This document shows positions 11,108-21,800 of a stretch of 32,821 nucleotides of DNA, one piece after another (the first letter of the stretch is position 1; every line of letters begins with the position of its first letter). Location of the stretch: the NCBI GenBank assembly GCA_002633005.1, contig NMRA01000060.1, positions 1 to 32,821 of the forward strand, read 5' to 3'. The notes under the pieces were generated by a model. It was not told the DNA's origin. It saw nothing but the letters and a program-made list of their open reading frames with translations, and ran no database searches. The stretch is from Phoronis australis (lineage: Eukaryota > Animalia > Phoronida). A program made the translations under genes and the position numbers.

Positions 11108-14100
11108 CATTCTCTATTGTGTCTGCAATATATGGTACTGGTCAGCTACATGTATCTCAAGACAACTTTTCTATGAATGACCATTACGCAACATAGTTTA
11201 CTATATAGTTTATTAAAACATGTGTGGATGCACTGAATGAGCCACTTACTCAACTGGAAGTCAAAACATCAGTAATTGGATAGTGAGTAATAATATCTTT
11301 GATGCTATCAATTCAACATACTTAGCAAAAATGTATCATGAATACAGTGTATGTAATAAATTGTATGGAATATTTTTTACTGTAGTGGTTTGTTATTTGA
11401 CATTTATTCTAATTATATTAGATATAAATTGTACACTGAGTATTATTTCTCATTCATTTTCCTATCAGTAGTATCGTTCTATCGTTTTTAACGAACTCTG
11501 CACCAGAGAGGCACTACACGTTTCAACCCAATCAATGAATTCGTCAAAGACTGTTACGAATACCACATACATGTACAGTTGTAACACCGTTACGCAGCTA
11601 TAAACCCTTGTTTTGTGAATCTTACCTTGACCGCAATAAAATTGGTCTACGCTGCCGACGTTAAAGCCATGTGTGCCACTCACTGTTTTATGAGCTACGG
11701 TTGAATTTACCTCTCCCGTTTCATAAAAAATTGTCTGTTTGTTTGGCGGTCAACTTGATGTTTGTTGTGCGTGTGAGGCCTACGCATCAATGACATTTGC
11801 TCAGTCGGGCGTTTCTTAAACGTTTTTACGGCTTGTAAGCGGGACAATGGAATTAAGCAAAAATTTCAGATAACATTCATGCAGCTTGGATTTGTAAAAA
11901 CTGTCTGATCTATACCCACCTTTCAACTGATTTTTTGATCAGAAGCGGTGTGAATTCACTGTCTGCGTCTCAGTTCATAGCAGTCGAGGCCAATGATGGA
12001 TTTGGGGGAAAATTGATGATTTTGATGTATTCGTTTTGTATCTGGCAGAGTGCACTTGTGGCAGTTGAAAACAATTGAAAATCATTATCGGACCTTGCGC
12101 GAGATTAAATCATTTTGAAGTCTTTGGTCTAGTATACAGATCATATTTTTAAATTTCATGCACCTTGTGAAATAGAGATGCAGGCGCGTGCACTTTTTGC
12201 CACCACGACCCGATTGCAGTCTGACATTTTGTTCCAAGTGGACTTCAGCAGGCGTCCCTGCATTGTTGCATATTCACTGTGGCTGGTCAAACACCTTGGT
12301 GATCTCTCGGCTCTCTTTCATGTTTCTGTTTTCACCTTGAGGAGTCCCCGCAAACTTGCAGAGGTGTTTAAGTGGTACATGTAGCATTACATCAACTCTT
12401 TCGTACGATTCTAGACTACTCAGTTTCAATTGGCTCGTTAGGTATATCGATTGAAAAAATGGTGTCAGGTACCAAAGTCCTCATGAATGCAAACGAATTC
12501 AATTTGCTTCTTGTTCGATGAAGACGTTTTCATACCCTGGGGGAGGCACGTTTGTCCGAACGGTAAGTGGCAGCATTTTCCCGTGTCTATGGAAACTTCC
12601 GTGCATTGAACTACAGCACCGAACCACCCATAACCGTCAGGCCCCATGATTTTCAATTCTACTCAAAAAGCGCGAATGTGAAAAACTTTGGCTTACTCGA
12701 AGCGTGGCGGACGGTTCGTCAGGTTTGGCGGCAAGCTTCTGGTGAAGTTTGGTGCTCAAAGGGCTGGGCTTGGTTTAAAGAAATTCTCTGGCGTCAATCA
12801 CCAGATATTTAAATGTAGAACAGTGTAACGACTGTTTCAACGTTGAGTAATATCCGAACGATACAGGTTTGTGAAGAAAAAACAAATATAGCAAGTGTAA
12901 TAGATTCAGTACTAATTCTACTAAAATTAATAATTCTCGATGATAATTAAGCGTAGGAGTTCCGTCGAATTTGATTTTTGACTGCACACTTTACACTTTA
13001 GGAAAATTTATAAAAAATAAAGGCACATTTATAGCAAAATAGCAGGATCAACTACATGTACATGACCAAGTTTCATATGATGTAAATGTTCAACATAAAA
13101 TCTTAAAATCGATGTTACAGTTTTCTGAATTATGGTTTCTTTGGTATATGCATATTGAAAATGTCTTAATACTTGATAGTCCCTCGTGCAAAAGTGGAAA
13201 AATTTAAAAAACAATTCCTCGCATAATTTCCGAGAACAGTGCATAAATCATATTATCTAAAACCCTCACCTGAATCCAATCGGCCATTTCTGTACGATTT
13301 TCCTAAATTGGTCAAAATTGGAATTTTTCTAAGGTCTTGCATAACAAAGTAGTCTACTGTTCGATCAGCATATTTTGTAAATGCCCTGCGATGTCTTTTC
13401 CAGGTCTTACTGATCTTAAAGTAGTGAAGACGTGATTGTTTTTTGATTTTCTGGAAAATGCATTCAGGCCTGCGTGTGGGGAAGCAATGTCTTGAATCAG
13501 TGGTACATGTAGAAGCACCATAAAAGACACAAAAATCGTGATAAAAACTAACTGAGTTCTGTTTAAGATGAGATCACAAAAACTGTGTTTCAGTTTCGTG
13601 CAACTTCAGTTTTTCTAAGGAAACGATATATATCTTGTACTTGTATAGCTCCTCGTACCAAAATGGATCGTTTACATTTCCTTGCAGTATTCTGGAGTAG
13701 AGTGCATGAAGCATGATATCTGAATGTCTCATGTGAATCCGATCAGTCATTTCTGAGATATAGCGTACATGTATGTCGTCTGTACATCGGAAATGGCTAT
13801 CATTTAAGAGGGAATTGCGACATTTTCTTTACTATAAACACCTACCCCTGGTAATCTTCAAGAAGTAAGTTTTAGTCAGATTAATTACTTTTCTGATACT
13901 CCTTAAAACGTAACAATAGAAAAGTGACTTAAACTATTCAGCAGAAGGCTCGCACCTTGGACCTATATTTATTTCAATGGTCCAGACACAGCAACAATCG
14001 TGTCTTCGCTATTGTTAGTCTTGAAGACTTTTTCATCAAAGATGACTTACATGTTTAGTACCTCAGAAAATCCCTCGGATAACACTCCACACGTCAAGTA

Positions 14101-14851
14101 TTTCGGGAAATATCGATATCTCAATGTGGCAAAATATAAAGTCTCTGAAAATGTACTCATGATGTTTAATCAAAAAAGTTTAGTTGCCGACAAAAACACT
14201 CATAAACCAAATGTCACTTGTCTTCATTAAATACATATTTTAGTAACCAAAAATGCCTTGTTGAATAACTCAGTAGCACTTGCAATGTGATTTGTCAGTG
14301 AACTTGTGCTTTCTGATTTGAGTGCATTCACAAGTTGTTATATAATTTCATTGTGTACCATGCTAAGAATGTCTAGATAGCAACTATTTGACCATACATG
14401 TATGTTCGATGAGGTTGAAGAGGGTCTGTTCTTTAATAACGCCAGAGCTAGAAGTGGCCGAGAAAACAATATAAACTTTCTTCCGATTCAAGTAAAAGTT
14501 TACCATCTGTAGCATTGCGGAAGAAGGAAAATAAATACTAAATCCTATAACAGATGGGCCCAACCATGAGGCCTGCGCACGTCTGATGCACCGCAAATGA
14601 CATCAGACCACCTGCACTGTTTTTTTTTTTGTTTTTTTTTAGTTTTTTTTTTATCACAGAATATCCCTGTACAGGCGAAATAATGAATATTCTGGGTAAC
14701 TATACTGAGAAATTCAGCTATCCGGAATATGGGCCTAAGACATAAAAGGAAATGGTTATAATTAAGTGGAGTCTAAATTATGTGTTGAGAAAATTGACCG
14801 TATTTACAGTATCAGTGTAGAAGTAATGATCAGTTGCACTGCATTATACAT

Positions 14852-15015
14852 ATAGATTATTACATGGCGAAGTCGTTATCCCCCGTTATCTAGAGCCCGA
14901 GTGGATTTTGGAGAATTATCGCCCGAGGGGCGTTAGCCCCGAGGGTGATAATTCTCCAAAATCCACGAGGGCTCTAGATAAGGGGGATAACGGCTGAGAA
15001 CATGTAATAATCTAT
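14852..15015. repeat. 164-bp near-perfect palindrome (hairpin repeat element)
   Basis: Arms are symmetric about a GTTA loop at 14932-14935, e.g. GTGGATTTTGGAGAATTATCGCCC / GGGTGATAATTCTCCAAAATCCAC and ATAGATTATTACATG / CATGTAATAATCTAT. Confidence 0.9.
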
Positions 15016-15175
15016 TTATACCACATACTAAACGAGAAACATTGCAATGAATCGATTTACCTTTTCTGACTCTCCACGGCTTTGTAACTACTTTCTATGT
15101 CAGAGGCCCGGGGTCGGAGGTCGTGACCTTTTAAGAAAAGCCGGGCTATTTTTGTCAAATAATGCTTTTACTCAA

Positions 15176-16075
15176 NNNNNNNNNNNNNNNNNNNNNNNNN
15201 NNNNNNNNNNNNNNNNNNNNNNNNNNNNNNNNNNNNNNNNNNNNNNNNNNNNNNNNNNNNNNNNNNNNNNNNNNNNNNNNNNNNNNNNNNNNNNNNNNNN
15301 NNNNNNNNNNNNNNNNNNNNNNNNNNNNNNNNNNNNNNNNNNNNNNNNNNNNNNNNNNNNNNNNNNNNNNNNNNNNNNNNNNNNNNNNNNNNNNNNNNNN
15401 NNNNNNNNNNNNNNNNNNNNNNNNNNNNNNNNNNNNNNNNNNNNNNNNNNNNNNNNNNNNNNNNNNNNNNNNNNNNNNNNNNNNNNNNNNNNNNNNNNNN
15501 NNNNNNNNNNNNNNNNNNNNNNNNNNNNNNNNNNNNNNNNNNNNNNNNNNNNNNNNNNNNNNNNNNNNNNNNNNNNNNNNNNNNNNNNNNNNNNNNNNNN
15601 NNNNNNNNNNNNNNNNNNNNNNNNNNNNNNNNNNNNNNNNNNNNNNNNNNNNNNNNNNNNNNNNNNNNNNNNNNNNNNNNNNNNNNNNNNNNNNNNNNNN
15701 NNNNNNNNNNNNNNNNNNNNNNNNNNNNNNNNNNNNNNNNNNNNNNNNNNNNNNNNNNNNNNNNNNNNNNNNNNNNNNNNNNNNNNNNNNNNNNNNNNNN
15801 NNNNNNNNNNNNNNNNNNNNNNNNNNNNNNNNNNNNNNNNNNNNNNNNNNNNNNNNNNNNNNNNNNNNNNNNNNNNNNNNNNNNNNNNNNNNNNNNNNNN
15901 NNNNNNNNNNNNNNNNNNNNNNNNNNNNNNNNNNNNNNNNNNNNNNNNNNNNNNNNNNNNNNNNNNNNNNNNNNNNNNNNNNNNNNNNNNNNNNNNNNNN
16001 NNNNNNNNNNNNNNNNNNNNNNNNNNNNNNNNNNNNNNNNNNNNNNNNNNNNNNNNNNNNNNNNNNNNNNNNNNN
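15176..16075. other. Assembly gap (900 N)
   Basis: Run of N; the two long poly-X ORFs in the track are artefacts of it. Confidence 1.
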
Positions 16076-16156
16076 GCGACGTGACGATAAAGCTCTTTGA
16101 AAAAGGCTACGCGTTCCGAGTATGAGTGTCGTGTCGGGATTTAGATCGCCAGGTAA

Positions 16157-16332
16157 GATTAACCGCCCAGGGCGGTTGACTGTCGTAATAAGCGCCCATG
16201 TTCGGTTAACCGCCCATCCCCTACTTTAGGTGGATTTTCGATTTAACCGCCCACTGCTCGGTTAACTGCCCTCCCCCAATTTTTTGGGTTCGCCAATTTA
16301 ACCGCCCAGGGCGTTAACCCAAACGATTACGG
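16157..16332. mobile_element. One end of a Tc1/mariner-pogo-type MITE with TTAACCGCCC internal repeats
   Basis: Several TTAAC(C/T)GCCC / TAAGCGCCC units end in GATTACGG followed by TA (reverse complement TA|CCGTAATC). The other terminus is degraded or lies in the gap. Confidence 0.45.
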
Positions 16333-16689
16333 TATATTAAAGTCTTGTGTATAAGGATCTCCCCGTGACGAATCTGTAACACTGCATACGGACGTTTCCA
16401 ACAACGGAATGTGTTCATTACATCTTATACAGAACGTCACCATGTTTTAAAATCTTATGGAATGGGATTTGCAATAAAAATTATTGAAAAGCAAGTAGCA
16501 TATAGATTGTTTGATGAAATATATTAAAGGAATAATAATAACGTCAAAACAACATGTCCCTAGTTACCACTGAGTTTCAAAGAGTTTGGTTGTAAATGTA
16601 ATTTTTTGTTGATCTTCTACATGTAACCTTTCTCAAAAATTCAATATTTCTGCAATTTCGAAATACAATATGGAGTTACATATACGTAA

Positions 16690-16695
16690 TTTATT
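16690..16695 (-). terminator. Candidate polyadenylation signal (AATAAA) of the RPTP gene
   Basis: First minus-strand AATAAA I found downstream of the stop at 18825; it would imply a ~2.1-kb 3' UTR. No transcript support. Confidence 0.25.
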
Positions 16696-18824
16696 TTGAA
16701 AATGGAAAAATATAATAAAATACAATCGAAACAAAACACAAGACAAAGGTCTAGCTTATCATTACTGGACGCGTGGGGTTTAGGTTTCCGCCATTCCTTG
16801 CACCCGCGGTCGCTGCTCAGTGATACGCCGGTTGTAATAAATAGTAGGAGACCTTCAAGAACATCTCACAGGCAGTTAAACAAAAACTAAATAATGTAAA
16901 AACAACAAACGTACCAGTTAATAAATGAAAGTAAAGTAAACAGTTTTTAAAAAGGAAAAAAGAAGCAAATATTTCAGGAGCCAGTACCCGGTTGCGTGAA
17001 ACAGTCCCAAATAGGAACTCAGTAAAGGTCCCTAAATTTACTGCGTACTTGCGGGCATGTGAAAACACCGATTGTCCTATCTTATGCTGTTTGAGTACCA
17101 TTACTACGCCAAATTTTGGCTTTGATACAAATCGAGAGTGAAATCTAGATTGAATTCTCCAAATTATTAAAAATAATTAGGGATTTTTTCATGCAACTCC
17201 CCCAATTTCAGGGCTATGTCCCTAACTGTTTTGATTGAATTAAGGGCTCAGTTTCCAGTTATATTATTAGAAAAAATGTAATTATTCAAAGAAAAGCTCA
17301 AAATATAGATAAAATAATGGAAAACTATTACATCTGTGCCTTAAGAACGAAACAAATACAAAAAAGATTTAGGGAACTTAGTTGAGTACCTATGTGGGAC
17401 TGCTTTATGCAAGCGAACACAGAGGACCACATTCCTGCGGGGTTTCTTAATTAGCGTGAGCGGGTGAGAGTAATTTCGAGCAGCAATGTATGAGAGATTA
17501 AACAACATTTCAACCTCGCAGCCCGCAAGGGCGTACTAATTAACAGCGCACTGTTCTCATTCACGATCAAGATCTTATCTCGCAATACAACACATTTGTG
17601 GTCATCCGTAAACCACATGTTTTTTCACGAATGACAAAGCAAGAGACGCACGGAATTAACATTACGGAGCATGTGCTTGGCATGATGTATCAAACCTGTA
17701 TGTACCACAACCGGCAACATGTAATTAGTGAGAAAAGAATTGGAGAAAAAACGTGTCAATTTTGCAAACGGGAACTGAGGTCGCCAGAGCAAGAAAACAC
17801 CACAATCATGCGGAAGAACAAGTTCCAATCGTGACGTTATATACTCGGGTGTTCAATAGTCATCAGTTTGAGGATGACCAACGGAACAGGGAAACCGAAA
17901 GCGTTAACGAAGTAAACTTTCGTTGTCCATACATGTACCATGTATTAGTCGAAAATCTAAAGCCGCATTGGCGAACAGTAGATCACCAAATCGAACAGTG
18001 ACTGCAGCTAGACTGAAAACAAGTTAGAGTAATATGAGAAAAGAACCATAAGAACGCACTTTTGGTTCGTGAAGGAATATTGTCTACACCGATGAGATGA
18101 CATTTTATCACGTTACTCCCCTGAGGTGATTGGCACTCTTTTGCACAGGACGCCCTCTACGCAAGTAAACTGAAAGGCATAGGCGCTGCAAGTTAACGCC
18201 ACTATAATTAGAACTAATGAAAATGGAAATGAAAAGTAACCTCATGCCAAAAAGGTAAATTTGGTTTGGGTCTGTTGTTAGAAAATCGGGTCAGTGGTGA
18301 GGTATGCTTTTAGATGTTCACTTTAAAAAACAAAATCCACTCCAGACGAGCAAAATGATGCGAGAGTTTTCGGGGTTTTTCCTCATCGTTTGGCAAATCA
18401 TGACGTTTCAAGTCTTGCTTTGGTTTTGTGCCTTGGTACAGCTTTTCTCAAAACACACGAAATCTTGGCTGCAATTTCAGTCGGTGAACGCAGGTGTCAA
18501 AGTAAGTCCGGGAAATAACCAGAATCAATGTTGCTTTTTCGACCTCACTTTAAACTCAGAGCAAACTTTTCTCGCATGAATACATAAAAATGATTGCTAA
18601 GTGTTTTTTAGAACATAAATACAAATACGAGGATTTCGATATAACAGCTCTTAACCATCAAGGAGTATTGAAACTTAATCGTCTTCTTTAAGCTCATACA
18701 TTTGGAATAGCTAAATTGTACTGCAAACGTACATAAAGGTTAGAAGCATTTCTGTGAAGATCATAATAGCCGAATGCATGTGCCGCCTTCTCCTCTGTTC
18801 GCAACATGGTGTCACACTGATAAA

Positions 18825-18899
18825 TTACTGAAAATTGGCATATGTCTCGAACGTTTCCATGTACTGTTTCGCCAATCGATACAGAGCTGTATACTGCTC
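18825..18899 (-). CDS. RPTP last coding exon: [24 protein letters not shown]
   Basis: ttttttcAG acceptor; EQY motif, YANF tail, TAA at 18827-18825. Confidence 0.93.
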   Translation of the reverse strand, partial: EQYTALYRLAKQYMETFETYANFQ

Positions 18900-21800
18900 C
18901 TGAAAAAACAATCGTAAAAATTGAAATCGCATGTTTTTCTACATGTATGTTATGCTTATCTACAGTAGTTCAACAGTGGTAATTACTGTAGCTCTCCAGA
19001 AGTAATGGAATGGTACGTGATCTGCACAGGTGTGAATCTGCGATGTGGACTTGGGAAGCATAATGATACAAAGTACGTAATATTACACAAATGTGGATCG
19101 ATACCGGAAGGCCAATAAATCGTTACTGACCAGGTTGTATTTATGTTATCATGTGAGGCTTCGTTTCTCTGGACCCTAATTACGTTTCATCAATCTATAC
19201 ATGTAGTTTAAACCGAGCCGAGGAGATAGAGACCTAAGTTTCAAGCACAGTACCCCAGTGGCACTCGAACCCACGACTTTGAGCAAAGGAAGCTAACCCT
19301 TATCCCAATACGCCACCCTGTCTTTTCAATGTACTGCATTGCACTTATTGAATAACTGTATTATATTGGATTGCATTCCTATGTAATTTATTTATGTTAG
19401 ATCTCCTCAACATGTACCCGACCCCAGTGGATATTTTCAAGATGATAAGTAGTTAAGATGCATTCGAACACGTACCAGATTGCAGATGAACTGGGGTCTG
19501 TTATATCTGACATGGCGAACGCTCTGAAACACGTCGATCCCTTGCTCCACTTTGATTTTAGATGCGAGATATTCAAAGGAGCAAAATACGCCACTCTGTG
19601 TGAAGCCGTCTCTGTAAAATATAAAGATCGTAGAAATAACGTTTGTGATCAATTATCAAAAATATTCATTTTCGGCTTTGCATTGCAGAACCGTAATAAT
19701 ACATTCCGTAACAATGGGTTTCTGCGAAATGTACCCGGATTTCGATGGATGCAGACATGACCGAAATAATTTGCAGGGTTTCAGCGAAAACGACGGGGTA
19801 TTTGATCAAAAAGAGAAGTTGTGGAATTCGCAACGCCCGGGGGAGGTTTGAGTGATAGCATATCGGTAGAGATCGACCAGGGGAAGGCGAAGAAGGGAAG
19901 TGGGTGCAAAATGGATCGGACCTTGACAAAGTTGGTTATGTCTTGTTAAAAATCTGACTAGTCGTACATGTATTTCATGCATGGCTCATATACAATCTTA
20001 AGAACATTGCAGTCAACTTGACCGAAATTGATGCATCTGCACTCGGTTTTGGTTTCCATTCATGATACATTTGACCTCGGATTTCAACATCGTTTGTGTG
20101 AACGACGGTTACACACTTTCGTAATTATTGTATTTGGTCTGAAGGAGCAGAAAAGAAGGTTGAATCATACATGAGCCAAAGTGCCAAAAGTCGCACTTTC
20201 AATGACTTGCTACGAGCTCGAGTATCCTGGTAAATGCAAATGAATTGCCTGTAGAAAAACGTTTTTCCGTGTCTCTTGGTAAAATTGTAATGTATTATAC
20301 GTGATTAACTTACAAACACGTGACAACAACGGTTTTGTTCCCTGTCTTCTGTTGGTATCTTTCTACCATGTCCACCAAGTCAATCAGCGACGCCTGAACG
20401 TCCGGATGAGGCACGTGTTGGTTGACAGGCCACCCTTTTAACTCCATTTGTATAACCTGGTGTGGCTTTCCGGTAGCATCCTTGCAAATTACAATGTTTA
20501 CTATAGCATTTTAGATAATACGTTTACAACAAAAGTCACAAATGTTTGTCCTACCGGTTTGCATTGAAAGGGCGTCCGGTCGTCTAGGCAACTCTGACCT
20601 CACCAACAACCGTCTGCCAGAAATGAATAGCTAACTGCGATCGCCACCTGGGTTGGAAAACCATGATAAGTATTATACCACCATCACTACCTTGTTTGAC
20701 TGGTAGGTTGACACAAATATTCCGCATTGCCTCCGATTTCGCCAATACTGGGGTTTTCCGGGAGCTCTTTGGCAAGCGTCCATCTTAAACGTGTGGTCAA
20801 GAAATAACCTTAGGTGCTCATTTAGAAAAAATACTGAGGCTTTTTTCTGTCTTATATTGCCGATTACCTCATCCTCATTTAGTAGTTGCTGAACGTGTCT
20901 CAGAAGTTCATCACAAGTCAAGGGTTTCCAGCACTGGCTGGAGCATAAACAGACATTACGTCAGACGTTTTGTTTGAGTAGGCATGTGAAAATACGGTAG
21001 GGATTAATAAAGGATTAACTTGAACCAGTCTTCAGTCAATCGTCGCACCGAAAGCTATTAGCACCGGTCTGTAACAACCTGTACCCACCCACACACGGGG
21101 AAAAACGTGACAATCATTCACCTCATTTTATCAGCAACAGTTTCAGGTGGTGGAACACAGGAGGTAATGGCACGACAACATCTGCCGTATATCAATGACC
21201 ATCAGGGGCAGCGTTTCCCAACCACACTCAGGAAACAACTGCATAATCTTGCTGTAAAATGCAGTATGAAGCCTTACCTTCTGTCCTGTGTGAAGATCCA
21301 TAGTCGTGATCACAATATCACCATCACGTTCAGTTCGAGTGGCCAAGACTTCAACCCAAATTTGTCCGTATTGAGCAGTCCCGTTCTCCGGCCAGTAGCG
21401 CCTCCATGTCTGGAATGCAGGAAACTGGGAATGACATTTTCTCCACCTTTGATGCCACTGCATCATTTCCTTAATCTCTAACCCCATCGCTTAAGACCAT
21501 GAAATAAACAGGCAGATTGGAAGATTTTACAAATGAGGAATCCAGTGATGTCGTGTCCCCATGAGTCATAATCAGGTGGTTAGTGTAATGGGCCGGCTGT
21601 GTGGCCTAAACACGCGTGGTGTACCGCAAAAGGCATCAGGACCTTTTTTCATACCATTAAGTCGTAGTCTTCGTCTTCGCCATCCTCGTCGTCTTCATAG
21701 GTTTTGTGTTTCATATGAAATCCACATCAGCTATCAAGTCCGTTTCAACAGTGGTACCACCACCATTATTAAGAAGCCCGTCTTTGATCACTTTAACTAC

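Noticed and set aside
15047-16100. 345-aa and 312-aa ORFs in the track
   Set aside because: Artefacts of translating the N gap.
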